Assembly: GCA_041946865.1 (NCBI GenBank)
Contig: JBHGBF010000015.1
Coordinates: 1,371-65,370 of the forward strand
Direction: 5' to 3'
Length of the DNA stretch: 64,000 bases
Source: Acidobacteriota bacterium
GTDB taxonomy: Bacteria > Acidobacteriota > UBA6911 > RPQK01
Of this stretch, positions 1 through 9,422 are shown piece by piece; the stretch's first letter is position 1; every line of letters begins with the position of its first letter. Below the pieces are notes generated by a model, which worked only from the letters and a program-made list of their open reading frames with translations, was not told the origin of the DNA and made no database searches. A program made the translations under genes and the position numbers.

Positions 1-150
1 GGCCTTCGGTAATTGCCACGGCGGTCACCGCCCGTGAAGTCGTCCATCAATAGACCACGGCCCGGCGCCGACCACAAGGGAAAAAACGGCGCCCCGAGGA
101 GCATGCAAAAATCCGCGCGGGCTTCGTTGCCCCAGACCGCAAAAAAGTGC

Positions 151-915
151 CTACTTGGAGCTTGGGGTGAACTGGGCGAGCTCATAGATGCCCAGTTGCT
201 TTTCGAGGCCGGCGACTTTATCGACCATGGTGCCGAAGCCGTCCTCTCCAAAGAGCGCATGTTCCTTTTTCTCGAATTCTTCCCCCAGCGAATCGTACTC
301 GTTTCTGCTTACGATCTTCTTGAGGGCCGGGAACAGAACCGTGTCCTCGCGGGCTTCGTGAGGCCGGTACATGCGGACAAAGGCTTTCAGATCGCGAACG
401 AGCTCCGCCTTTTCCTCCGGGCTGTTGAGGACAGAGGCCTTCGCCAGCCGCATGGCGGAGTCGGTCAGCCTGCGTCCCGCTCGGTGCTGGCGCTTCAGAA
501 CGGCTACAAGGTCGGTCAGCCTCCCGGCTTTCTGATAGCGCGGGAAGAGGTAGTCTTCTTCAAGTTTCTCGTGGTAGTCCTCAATGAACGCGCGAATGAT
601 GCCGGCCGCCCCGGACAGGACTGCCGGATTCAGCTCCCGATTTTGTTCCAGTCGAAAGATGGATTCGTCGTAAATCAAAAGGATTCGGTTGAGCACCCCG
701 TGCTCGCGCATGAGATCCTCTGCCGCGGACACCTCCTCCTCGGCCTCTTCCGCCTTCACCTGCTGAGAGCGCCCGGTAAGGAAAGAGACCCCGGCCACAC
801 CGGCGATCGCGAAGAGCCGCAGAACGGTTTCTCTGCGGCGTTGCCGCAGCCGTGCGCCTCTCGAGACAATACGCAGTTGTTCTTCGGGCCTTAGGCCCCG
901 GTCTTGTTTTTTCAT
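151..915 (-). CDS. hemerythrin (HHE cation-binding) domain protein with Tat-like N-terminus
   Basis: 254-aa ORF starting at ATG 915. The N-terminus RQRRRETVLRLFAIAGVAGV looks like a twin-arginine signal. H/E-rich helices follow (EDLMREHGVLNRIL, IEDYHEKLEEDYLFP, MYRPHEAREDTVLFP), typical of hemerythrin-like domains. The overlapping + strand ORF 13..894 looks like antisense noise. Confidence 0.7.
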   Translation of the reverse strand: MKKQDRGLRPEEQLRIVSRGARLRQRRRETVLRLFAIAGVAGVSFLTGRSQQVKAEEAEEEVSAAEDLMREHGVLNRILLIYDESIFRLEQNRELNPAVLSGAAGIIRAFIEDYHEKLEEDYLFPRYQKAGRLTDLVAVLKRQHRAGRRLTDSAMRLAKASVLNSPEEKAELVRDLKAFVRMYRPHEAREDTVLFPALKKIVSRNEYDSLGEEFEKKEHALFGEDGFGTMVDKVAGLEKQLGIYELAQFTPSSK

Positions 916-1195
916 CGTCTTGGCCTTTCCTACTGGGTTTTTCGTGGCTTGTTACCAGTATCGTGGACCCTGCCCGTAACTGCAAAGACCTGTGGGAGCG
1001 TTCGTTAAACCCGCCGCTTCGATCCGCGGCGCAAGAGCTGGTCCTACGGGCCGGCGCTTCCCTGGCAACGGGCCCGCCTCGGCGGCAATCAGCGCCGGCC
1101 GCCGCTTGTTTGGTGCAGGGTGGGGTAAGGACCGGCCCGCGCTTCCTTCATGACCCTTCAGTGCTGGAATTGCGGGACCGCATTACAATCAGGGA

Positions 1196-2416
1196 ATGAG
1201 GGTGGGGCGTCTGGTCGCCAGGTACAGGGAAGCCTACGCCGGCCTTCCGCGAGCGGTCTGGATGCTGGCCGGCGTGGAGCTGGTGAACCGGGCGGGGACG
1301 ATGGTGCTGTTCTTCATGACCCTCTACGCCACCCGGCAACTGGGTTTTACCCTCCCCCAGGCCGGTCAGATGGTGAGTGCCTACGGTATTGGCTCCCTGG
1401 CTGGGACCTACCTGGGGGGTCGCCTGTGCGACAGGATCGGCGCCTATCATGTACAGCGACTGAGCCTCGGCGCGAGCGGCGTTCTGCTGATCGTTCTCGG
1501 ATTCCCCGACTCGTTTGCCGTCCTGCTGGTCCTGATGTTTCTCTTAGGTGCGGCGGCTGAGGCCCTCCACCCCGCCAACCTGACGGCTGTTTCTCAGCTG
1601 TGCCCGCCGGAAACGCGAACTCGGGGGTTCTCCTTGAACCGGCTGGCCGCCAACCTGGGCCTGAGTGTAGGGCCTGTGGTCGGCGGCTACCTGGCGCTGT
1701 TCAACTACAAATGGCTGTTTTGGGTGGATGGCTTGACGAGCCTGGTCGCTCTGGCCCTGTTTCACGTCTTCTTCGCCACCGAGGCCGGGCCGACAACCGC
1801 CTCTCATTCCGCGCGCCGGATTGCGTCGAGGCCACCTCTGGAAGACCATCCCTTTCTCCTGATCTGGACACTCTCCTTTCTGGTGGCCATCGTCTTTTCT
1901 CAGCTATTCGCTACCTTTCCGCTTTACATAAGGCAGGTGTACGAACTGAAGGAGAACGCCATCGGTCAGCTCATCGCGGTCAATACCGTGCAAATTGTGA
2001 TTGTGGAAATGCTGATCATACACGCGCTGCGAGGGCACGATCCGGCCCGCGTGACTCGCGCGGGAGCGCTCGCGCTGTGCACGGGGTTCGCCTTGATGCC
2101 GCTCGGCCGCGGTTTTCTTTACGGCGCTTTCACAGTCGTGGTCTGGACTTTTGGGGAGATACTGACGATGCCGATGCTGGTCACCTTGGCGGCCGGACGA
2201 GCCGGGCCGTCGGCGCAGGGCAGGTACCAGGGACTCCTCAGCCTCTCGTTTGCGCTGGCCATGATCGTTGGCCCGTTGGTGGGCTCCTGGATTTACACCA
2301 CGGCCGGCCCGGACACTCTCTGGTACGGATGCGGCCTGCTCGGTGTCGTTCTGGCCTGCGGCTTCACGCTTCTGACCTGGATGATGGACGCGGAGAAGGA
2401 CAACAGGGGCAACTGA
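1196..2416 (+). CDS. MFS transporter
   Basis: 406-aa ORF with about 12 hydrophobic segments. Loop motifs such as GGRLCDRIG after TM2 and a duplicated 6+6 TM layout are typical of the major facilitator superfamily. Confidence 0.8.
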   Translation: MRVGRLVARYREAYAGLPRAVWMLAGVELVNRAGTMVLFFMTLYATRQLGFTLPQAGQMVSAYGIGSLAGTYLGGRLCDRIGAYHVQRLSLGASGVLLIVLGFPDSFAVLLVLMFLLGAAAEALHPANLTAVSQLCPPETRTRGFSLNRLAANLGLSVGPVVGGYLALFNYKWLFWVDGLTSLVALALFHVFFATEAGPTTASHSARRIASRPPLEDHPFLLIWTLSFLVAIVFSQLFATFPLYIRQVYELKENAIGQLIAVNTVQIVIVEMLIIHALRGHDPARVTRAGALALCTGFALMPLGRGFLYGAFTVVVWTFGEILTMPMLVTLAAGRAGPSAQGRYQGLLSLSFALAMIVGPLVGSWIYTTAGPDTLWYGCGLLGVVLACGFTLLTWMMDAEKDNRGN

Positions 2417-2526
2417 TATGGTATCAGCCCTGTTAATCCTGTCCGACTTCGCTACCGATTGGGCGTGTTCTCGCGAAAGATCAGCGGCCGCCCCTTAACC
2501 AGCTTCCCGCCATCACACCGTTCCTC

Positions 2527-4161
2527 TTGATTACCGGAGGGCGCCGCCGAGCCGTTTGCGCGGGAATCCGCGCGCGGACTGTGCTCATCCGAGGGGGCAA
2601 ACTATCCCCGAAACTGACCCTGAATCTGGGGATCAGGTGGGAGCAGACCCAGCCGCTGACCGAGAAGAACAACGTCTGGACCAACTTCAATCCCAACCTC
2701 ACGAACACGGCCCTGGGTGTCAAAGGCGCCCTGGAGTTCGCCTCGCCCGACAAGCGAACGTTCGAAGGAGGGAAGAAGTGGACGGATTTCAGCCCGCGCT
2801 TCGGCCTGGCTTACCAGATGAGCAATAAGTCAGTGATCCGCGCCGGGTACGGTATCTTCTACAGCCCGATCGGTATTCAGTACTGGAGTGGCATTCCGCA
2901 CCAGGAATATGGGGCCCACGGCTTCATCGCTACGGACAAGTTCAATTCCACCGGCAACCTGCCGGCGTTTAATTGGAACAACGGCTATCCGGGGAACCTG
3001 ATTAAGCCTACAAAGGACCCCAACTACTTGACCTGGGGCATGGTGGCTATCGATGAGAACGCCCTGAGGCCCGGTTACACGCACCATTACAACGTCAGCT
3101 TCTAGCACGAGTTCACTGACAGTGACATGGTTGAGGTGACGTTCGTGGGGAATGACGCCCGCCGTTTACATGACGGTATGCTGCGCCGCAATCAGCCGAC
3201 CAGGCAGCAGTGGGAGGCCGCCGACTTTGACCCGTGGGCTTGGGTTTGGGATGCGGGGAGCGCGGCCGACGCCGGCGTGCCCTATCCGTATCCGGGATTC
3301 TCCGGCATGTCGGGGTTTGCGCTCGCGCCCTTCCCGCATGTGGCTAACACGTGGGGCCTCCTCTATTACGTCGAGAGCCCCCTCGGCAGCTCTTCGTACC
3401 GGTCGTTCCAGCTCGTCTACACGCGGCGTATGAGCCACGGGTTCGCGGCGAACGTGTCTTACAACCTCTCCAAGTCCAAAGGGAATACCGACGATCTCTT
3501 TCAGGACCATTGGTGGACCGGCAATGTTCAGGACGTCTACAACCTCGATGAAGCGGCCGATACGGTGACGGCCATGGACCAGACGCATATCTTCAAAGGC
3601 CTGGTCATGCTCGAACTGCCGTTCGGAGAGGGCCGCCGGTGGTTGTCCGGCGCCAATCGGGTCGTTGACGCGATCCTCGGAGGCTGGGCGATCAGCAACA
3701 TCTTCCGGTACAACACCGGCAACGCGCTGGGCATTAGTACCGGCGTGGGGTATTCGGGCTGGGACGGCCCCGTCTACGCCAACGTCACCCCGAACGCTGA
3801 TTTCAGCCGGAAGTTCAATTCCAAAAATTTCGACATCGAGAACCTGAGCGGCAACACCTACTTCTCTCCCGGCGGTTTCTCGAAGCCGGATGGCTCGGCA
3901 GGCAACAGGTTAGGCAACGGCCAGATCCGTTACGACGGCCTGCGAGGGTTTGGAGGCGCCAACGAGGACATCGGGATCATGAAGAACTGGAGGGTGAGAG
4001 AAACAGCCAGGCTTCAGTTCCGGGCTGAGTTGCTCAACGCCTTTAACCGCCATGGCTTCGCCAACCCGGTAACCTCGATTGACGATGAGGACTTCGGGAA
4101 GGTGCGGTCGGTCTCCGGCAGTCCGCGGGCCGTGCAGTTCGGCCTGCGGGTCGACTGGTAA
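2527..4161 (+). pseudogene. TonB-dependent receptor, C-terminal remnant with in-frame TAG
   Basis: ORFs 2527..3105 and 3127..4161 are in the same frame and separated only by TAG at 3103-3105 (NVSF*HEF). Together they align by eye with roughly the last 520 aa of the full receptor at 15172..18417 (LTLNLGIRWE vs LTLQLGVRYE; SVIRAGYGIFY vs FVIRAGFGMFF; terminal FGLRVDW vs RLRLRW). The plug and CarboxypepD_reg N-terminus are absent. Confidence 0.7.
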
Positions 4162-4177
4162 GCTTCGTCAGACGACA

Positions 4178-4206
4178 AGGGACGCGCCGGACCGCGGCGC
4201 GTCCCT
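4178..4206 (+). terminator. GC-rich hairpin downstream of the receptor remnant
   Basis: AGGGACGCGCC / GGCGCGTCCCT form a perfect 11-bp stem with a 7-nt loop, 17 nt after the stop at 4161. There is no U-tract, so intrinsic-terminator function is uncertain. Confidence 0.35.
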
Positions 4207-4264
4207 CACCTGTCGCGCAATCCTGTCAATCCTGCCAAGGATTCGTGCCAGCTGAATAGTTTAG

Positions 4265-4400
4265 TTCCCGACGGAGCGTTGGCGCCTTTCCTTTTGGGAC
4301 GGGTTGATCCTGGCCGCCGCCCGACAGGCGGGAGCCACGACTCTCTCGTCGGAGGACCCTCAATCCGGAACTGGACTACGGCGGCATTTCGAGCTGGTCA
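4265..4400 (+). pseudogene. PIN-domain (VapC-like) C-terminal remnant
   Basis: The frame opening after TAG 4262-4264 reads ...SFWDGLILAAARQAGATTLSSEDPQSG... This resembles the C-terminal consensus of PIN toxins (fwDalIlaaA..aGattLlSED.q.G). There is no N-terminal half and no credible start. Confidence 0.3.
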
Positions 4401-4573
4401 TGGTTCTTCGCTGGCACTCGGAGGCCTGGCGGGCGGAGATGGCCGGAAATCGGAGTGGTCAAGGCCCGGACCTCTACGAGGCGCACCTCGAGAGCCTCCT
4501 TTCTTGGCCGAAAAATGCTTTCCCACACCCGGGTCATTCGGTATCCTGAGCCGACATAGAAAAAGGAGGTCGC

Positions 4574-5455
4574 ATGGTTAGCCTGGCGATAGTCGACGGC
4601 CAGCCGGGGGCGGGAAAGACAACACTGATCTGTCGGCTGATCGAATCCAATCGATCGCGCTCGCAGCAGGTGTGCCGGATCTTGGCCAGACCGGAGTCGG
4701 AGGTTTGCGCGGAGGAGCATGGGGCCAAAGCACAGGAACAGTACCCGGAATTGCAGGCCTGGGAGCGAGCCGGGGCCCTTCTCCCGAGCGTGTCCGGTTA
4801 CGATCCTCTGCAGGGCGACCTGGCTGACGTTCTGGATAGGATCGGGATTGACCCGGACACGGACGACGAGTTGATTCTCGAAGGCGACAACGATGGATCG
4901 GTGCGGCCGGATTGCGCGGTGTACGTCCTCCGGCCGCTGGCTGACGGTGAGAGCCCCGCAGTTGAAACCGAGCAGGTCGTCGCGCACATCGAGTTTCGCG
5001 ACTACCTGGACGCCATTGGGATCGATGTGCCCGACGACGAGCCTATCGTCATCGAGGATCTGGAGGTCGCGGACGATGAACGAACGGAGGCGGGCGCCGG
5101 CGAACCGGGTTCGACAGCTTTTGACGAAAGCGAACTGGCGAAATTGCAGCAGTGGATCGAGCAAGGAGTGCCGGTCAAAGGCAAAGTGCTGGGTTTGCAT
5201 CCCAACTGCGCGCGCTTGGACAGGGCGGGGGACGTCATTGTCATCAACATCCGTGACGCGAGCGAACTTGCTCAGGCAGAGAAGACACGTGCGCAGATTC
5301 GAGGCCTGTATACTGACTGGCACAAGCGAAACAAGCTGCGACTGCGCGGCTGGGGACCTCCGCCGGGTATCTACATCGCAAATCTGGCCGATCCGCGCGA
5401 CCCGGGACTGGGCAAGGCGCTGGCGCAGCTGAAGAGAAAGCTGCGCCAGCGATAG
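4574..5455 (+). CDS. P-loop NTPase of unknown family
   Basis: ATG is preceded by AAAAGGAGG. Walker A is IVDGQPGAGKTTLICRL. The order of later motifs (ELILEGDNDG, DVIVINIRD) is loosely reminiscent of G3E/CobW-like GTPases, but the NKxD motif is degenerate. The middle of the protein is acidic and low in complexity. The long antisense ORF 4376..5506 is Arg-rich noise. Confidence 0.6.
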   Translation: MVSLAIVDGQPGAGKTTLICRLIESNRSRSQQVCRILARPESEVCAEEHGAKAQEQYPELQAWERAGALLPSVSGYDPLQGDLADVLDRIGIDPDTDDELILEGDNDGSVRPDCAVYVLRPLADGESPAVETEQVVAHIEFRDYLDAIGIDVPDDEPIVIEDLEVADDERTEAGAGEPGSTAFDESELAKLQQWIEQGVPVKGKVLGLHPNCARLDRAGDVIVINIRDASELAQAEKTRAQIRGLYTDWHKRNKLRLRGWGPPPGIYIANLADPRDPGLGKALAQLKRKLRQR

Positions 5456-5637
5456 GGGCCTTCGTCGGGGTCTGGCTTGATCGGCACTATTAGGGCCGCT
5501 ACTCACGAGTCGTTGCAGTCTCTCTCCAAACCGTTCGCCAACCCGCTCAGGCCGGTCGCACCGCGCAGCTTCTTGACAGCCGGAGCGTCTTACGATGTGC
5601 TAAGATTTACCGGGGTTAGCCGCCCCGCCCGCAAGGG

Positions 5638-5988
5638 ATGAAGCAGGCCATCCTTTTTCCGTTCGAATTTCACAGATTTGTGGCCGCATTGACTTTCTTG
5701 GCGGCCAACGTGAAGGGCCTGTCCAAGCTTCCTGCGGCAAAGCTCTTGTATTTCGCGGACAAGTACCACTTGACGCGTTACGGACGACCCGTTATCGGAG
5801 ACCAGTACGTCAAGATGGAGTACGGACCGGTTCCTTCCAAGGCTTTGGACTGGATGAACGACCTGATAACTCCTTTTAGAGTAAAGGGGTACCCTCGTCC
5901 GGGACTCGACCTCCTGCAGCGCTTCTTAACAGTCGAGAAGGAGGGTGCCAGCCACCCGATCTTCAAGGCAAGGAGGGATCCTGATTAA
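5638..5988 (+). CDS. Panacea (DUF4065, SocA/GepA-like) antitoxin-domain protein, apparently 3'-truncated
   Basis: The sequence LSKLPAAKLLYFADKYHLTRYGRPVIGDQYVKMEYGPVPSKALDWM matches the DUF4065 core (KL.KLLYfad..hl...G.pi....y.a...GPV). The protein is only 116 aa and stops right where the IS-like segment begins. Confidence 0.6.
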   Translation: MKQAILFPFEFHRFVAALTFLAANVKGLSKLPAAKLLYFADKYHLTRYGRPVIGDQYVKMEYGPVPSKALDWMNDLITPFRVKGYPRPGLDLLQRFLTVEKEGASHPIFKARRDPD

Positions 5989-6065
5989 AGCGACCCTCCA
6001 GGAATCCCAAACAAGCGGATTGTGAGCAACGATTATCACCGGATTTTTGGTAACCCCTCAGTTTT

Positions 6066-6344
6066 TTGTTGGGAGTGTGGCAGCAACGAGGAGAGAGGCG
6101 GGTGCTTAAGAGTTCCTGTCGCTGCGCCCGCGGCCAGGAGCATCCCAGCACCTACCTGGGAGTGAGTCTGAAGGGCGGCAAGACGGCCCAGATCACGGTG
6201 CCCGCCCGGCTGCGGGAGCGGGTGGAGGGGATGGTCCACAACTACGCCGAGTTTTGGGCCGCGCTGGAAGAGATTTCCGAAATCAACCGGGAACTCTTAC
6301 GAAAACGCTTACTCGAATCTGATCCCCATGCCCAGTCTGAGTGA
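6066..6344 (+). CDS. small IS-associated protein (DUF6788-like)
   Basis: SSCRCARGQEHPSTYLGVSLKGGKTAQITVP...AALEEISEINRELLRKR resembles, from memory, the small CxC...GKT..v.vp ORFs that precede some transposases. It has a TTG start and overlaps the transposase ORF by 17 nt. Confidence 0.45.
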   Translation: MLGVWQQRGERRVLKSSCRCARGQEHPSTYLGVSLKGGKTAQITVPARLRERVEGMVHNYAEFWAALEEISEINRELLRKRLLESDPHAQSE

Positions 6345-7800
6345 TCCGAGAAAATCCCTTCCGGCTGACCTTGTCGGCCTGACTGAAGAGCTGTTGAAGG
6401 GGCTTGACGAGCACCTCGCCGAGGATACGGACCGGAGCGAGTTTCCCGACCTGTTGAGCTTTGAGGAATGGGCCGGGGAATTGACGCGCCGGCTGGGTCG
6501 GGAGATGATAGGGCGGTTCCTCGCGATGCGCGCGCGGCAAGCCCGGCAGACGCCTATGATGTGCCCAAAGTGCGGCCAAGCCATGCAACGTCACAAACGG
6601 TCGATCTGGAATCGACAGACCCCGTTCGGCGCGGTGCGGGTTGAGGACGACGCCTACTTCTATTGCCGTGATTGCCATACAGCGGCGCGTCCGCTTCACC
6701 CCTATCTCGGCACCGAGCGGGAGACCTGGTCGCTGCTGGTGCAGGAGGCGGCGGTCGACCTGGCCACGGATGAATCGTGTCAGAAGGCGGTCGAGAAACT
6801 GGCCCGGCACCACCCCGGGGTGGAGATGAATCGTACCACCGCGTTGCGCTTCTTGCACCATCACGGGATGCTGGCGCGGGAGTTCGTTGGCCGGAAGCTG
6901 CGACAGGCCCTGATGAAAGCGGCCGGCGAATCGCGGCGTCACCGCGGTGCGGTGGAGTTGGAGGTCGAGTATGACGGGGGCATGGTGCCGGTTGCCACCC
7001 TTCATCCGATCCCGGTTGCGCCGGGTGAAGCGGGCGAAACCACGCCGGTGCGCGGCTTGCCCAAGCGCAAGAAAGAGTGCGGCTGGGAGGAAGTCAAGGT
7101 CGGATTGGTCCAGGTTCCCGGCGAGGTCAGTCGACTCTACTCGGTGCGCCCGACCGAAGAACTGGACGAGGCTTTTGAAGACCTGTTGGCGCTGGCCTGC
7201 CTGAAAGATTGGTCCGAGCATACTCGGGTTCGCGGGATCGTCGACGGGGCGCAATACATCCGCACCCGTATGGAAGATACCTTTCATGCTTGTCAGTTCC
7301 GTTTCATTCTGGACCGGCCGCATGCCAAGCGACACCTGTGCGGCGCCGGCCAGCTGTTGGCGGAAGCCTCACTGATCGGGATTTCCGCCGAGCAATGGTC
7401 GGCGGCGGCGCTCGACCATCTGGAAAAGGGGGAAGTCCAGAAGGTGATCGATGAACTGAGGACCGCCTTCGAACGCACGGGAGACGACAGGATTCGCCGT
7501 GCGTTCGAGTATTTCGACCGCAACCAAGATGCGGTGGCGTACGCCGAGTATCGCGAAAAGGGGTGGTCAACCGCCAGCAGCGAAGTGGAGAGCTCCCACC
7601 GCCACGTGGTTCAGGTGCGTCTGAAGATACCCGGCGCCTGGTGGCATCCCGACAATGTGCCCAACATATTGGCGCTGCGAATGCTCAAGGCCAATCGTTG
7701 GTGGGACGAGTACTGGCAGCTGCAACGAGAGCTCTGGCGGCAGCGGGCACAGGGCCTCGCTGCCAAACGCCGACCCTCTGACCCAGAATTTCCCTCCTGA
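6328..7800 (+). CDS. ISKra4-family-like DDE transposase
   Basis: 490 aa with an N-terminal zinc-ribbon (CPKCG...CRDCH). The C-terminal signature SSEVESSHRHVVQVRLKIPGAWWHPDNVPNILALRMLKANRWWDEYW is typical of ISKra4/UPF0236-type transposases. Confidence 0.65.
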   Translation: MPSLSDPRKSLPADLVGLTEELLKGLDEHLAEDTDRSEFPDLLSFEEWAGELTRRLGREMIGRFLAMRARQARQTPMMCPKCGQAMQRHKRSIWNRQTPFGAVRVEDDAYFYCRDCHTAARPLHPYLGTERETWSLLVQEAAVDLATDESCQKAVEKLARHHPGVEMNRTTALRFLHHHGMLAREFVGRKLRQALMKAAGESRRHRGAVELEVEYDGGMVPVATLHPIPVAPGEAGETTPVRGLPKRKKECGWEEVKVGLVQVPGEVSRLYSVRPTEELDEAFEDLLALACLKDWSEHTRVRGIVDGAQYIRTRMEDTFHACQFRFILDRPHAKRHLCGAGQLLAEASLIGISAEQWSAAALDHLEKGEVQKVIDELRTAFERTGDDRIRRAFEYFDRNQDAVAYAEYREKGWSTASSEVESSHRHVVQVRLKIPGAWWHPDNVPNILALRMLKANRWWDEYWQLQRELWRQRAQGLAAKRRPSDPEFPS

Positions 7801-7822
7801 CCTCTACTCCTTCCGTTTCGAT

Positions 7823-9422
7823 TCAGGGAAGCTCCAACGGGTTTGCATCAGACCCGACGGAGACAACGCACTTGATCTGCTCCCCGAGCTTTCCGGGCTT
7901 TCCGACCGTGTTCATCACCTCGCGCAGCAGGTCTTCATCGCCGAGTGCCTCGACATCACGGCCGGGGAACCGTGCCCAGTACTCGGTTTTGAACTCCTCG
8001 ATTTCGCGAGCAGCCATCTTCTTGAATTCCGGACTCATGGCCTCGCCCGACTCGAGTTGCTGGCTGTCGACCAGGATGGTGTTCGGCCTGACGGTCCATT
8101 TACCGTCGATAACATTGCTAAACCGGGGGAGTCTGCCGGGGACGGGGACGAGGACCGGGCCGGAAGATGTCTGCTTCTCCCAGCCGCCGATGTAGTCAAA
8201 GACGAGCTTCGACACGTTGGTGTTGTTGCACACGACGATGAACACGGGCGGAGTCAGCCCTTGTTCGCGGGCAGCCGTGTTCTTCTCCCACTGGGCGTAA
8301 TACTTCTCATAGTTGCTGTAGAGGCTCTGCAGGGCGCCCTCGAGCTCGGCCGGGAGCTTCGGCTCTCCGCCGACCGCCTCGGTCCGGCGTCCCTTCCTGG
8401 GCATGTGCTCCCGGATCCTCAGCCAAAGGTCCCGGTAGGTCGGTTGCTCTCCGACCATCGAGTCGTCGGCCACCGGAACTCGGGGTACTTTCACGATGCC
8501 GCACTCGATTGCGTCAATCAGCGAGAAATCAGATACCACCCATGGGAACAGCGTGCCTTCCGAGTAACCGGAGCCGCGAAGGAAGAACGGTGCCGCCGAA
8601 AGATCGTAGACCACCTTCACGCCGATCTTGGCTTTGACCGCCTCGAGGCCACTGATCCAGATGCGAGCTTCCTCCTCACGCCTTTCCGCTTCGTTCCATT
8701 CGTCGCCGCTTAAGGCTTCCGCTTCCGCGTCGGGCTTGTGCCGATAGCAGTGGTGGGCCTCGTCGTTAATCACGATGATCCCCTTCTTGCTCGCGCCGAA
8801 CTCGCGGCAGACTCTGCGAACCATCTGGTCTGGGGTTTCGGTGAACGTCACTCCGTCTCCCTTGGAAAGGATACTCTTGGTCAATTTCGCGGCGGAGACG
8901 GTCTCGCGGAGCTTGAAGGCGTGGAAATTCGTGATGATGATCTTGGCTTTGCTCAATTCGGGCAAGAGATCGGGTGGTACAACCTCAAGCTGCCGGTAGT
9001 AGTTCTGAGGGTCATTCGGAAGAAGCACGCGTAGCCGGTCCCTGATAGTGATGCCCGGGGTGACGATCAGAAACAGGTCCGAGTAACGCTTGTCCTGGGG
9101 GGGCGGCGAACTTGTTGAGCGCCTGCCAGGCTATGAGCATGGCCATCACGACCGTCTTGCCGGTTCCCGTCGCCATCTTGAAGGCGATGCGATAGAGCAA
9201 GGGGTTGGCGCTTTCGTTCGCCTTGCGCAACTCGTTTTCAACCCAGGCCTCGCCGTACTTGCCGGCTACCCGAGTACGGACACGATTGGTCAGCGGGCTT
9301 CGACGACGGCGCCCTTCTGCTCTGGCGCAGGACAATTCCAACGTAACTACCTTCGCAAGATCATCCAGGTGAGTCCGACGAGCGCGAAGACCAGGAGAAA
9401 GCCTTGAAGAAGACCGAGCCAC
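7823..9422 (-). pseudogene. type III restriction res-subunit-like DEAD/DEAH helicase, degraded
   Basis: ORF 9012..9422 carries motif I (FKMATGTGKTVVMAMLIAWQ). ORF 7823..9028 carries DEAH (VINDEAHHCYR) and IECGIVKVPRVPV. The two are joined by a frameshift in the G7 run at 9097-9103. The C-terminus is cut after CVVSV (SMLTEGWD would be expected next). The N-terminal region looks shortened and overlaps the symporter 3' end. Confidence 0.7.

Larger units (their letters stand above)
5989..7855 (+). mobile_element. ISKra4-like insertion sequence (two ORFs); ends approximate
   Basis: It contains a small Cys-motif ORF and a 490-aa transposase. The left limit is inferred from truncation of the Panacea gene. 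The right limit is inferred from loss of helicase homology after ...QIKCVVSV at about 7856. Terminal inverted repeats were not convincingly identified. Confidence 0.5.

Noticed and set aside
13-894. 293-aa + strand ORF covering the hemerythrin locus
   Set aside because: It lies antisense to a gene with clear hemerythrin motifs. Its translation is Arg/Gly/Pro-rich with no motifs, as expected for spurious ORFs in GC-rich DNA.
3103-3105. In-frame TAG in the receptor remnant as possible pyrrolysine or programmed read-through
   Set aside because: The gene also lacks its entire N-terminal half and any start or RBS. No pyl genes are in the window. A simple nonsense mutation in a dead gene is the economical reading.
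4376-5506. 376-aa minus-strand ORF opposite the P-loop NTPase gene
   Set aside because: No recognisable motifs, Arg/Leu-rich composition and no RBS. The + strand ORF has a Walker A motif and a strong AAAAGGAGG RBS.
5573-5606. TTGACA at 5573-5578 as the -35 element of a promoter for the Panacea gene
   Set aside because: The nearest -10-like hexamers, TACGAT and TAAGAT, are 12 and 22 nt away. Both fall outside the usual 16-19-nt spacing.
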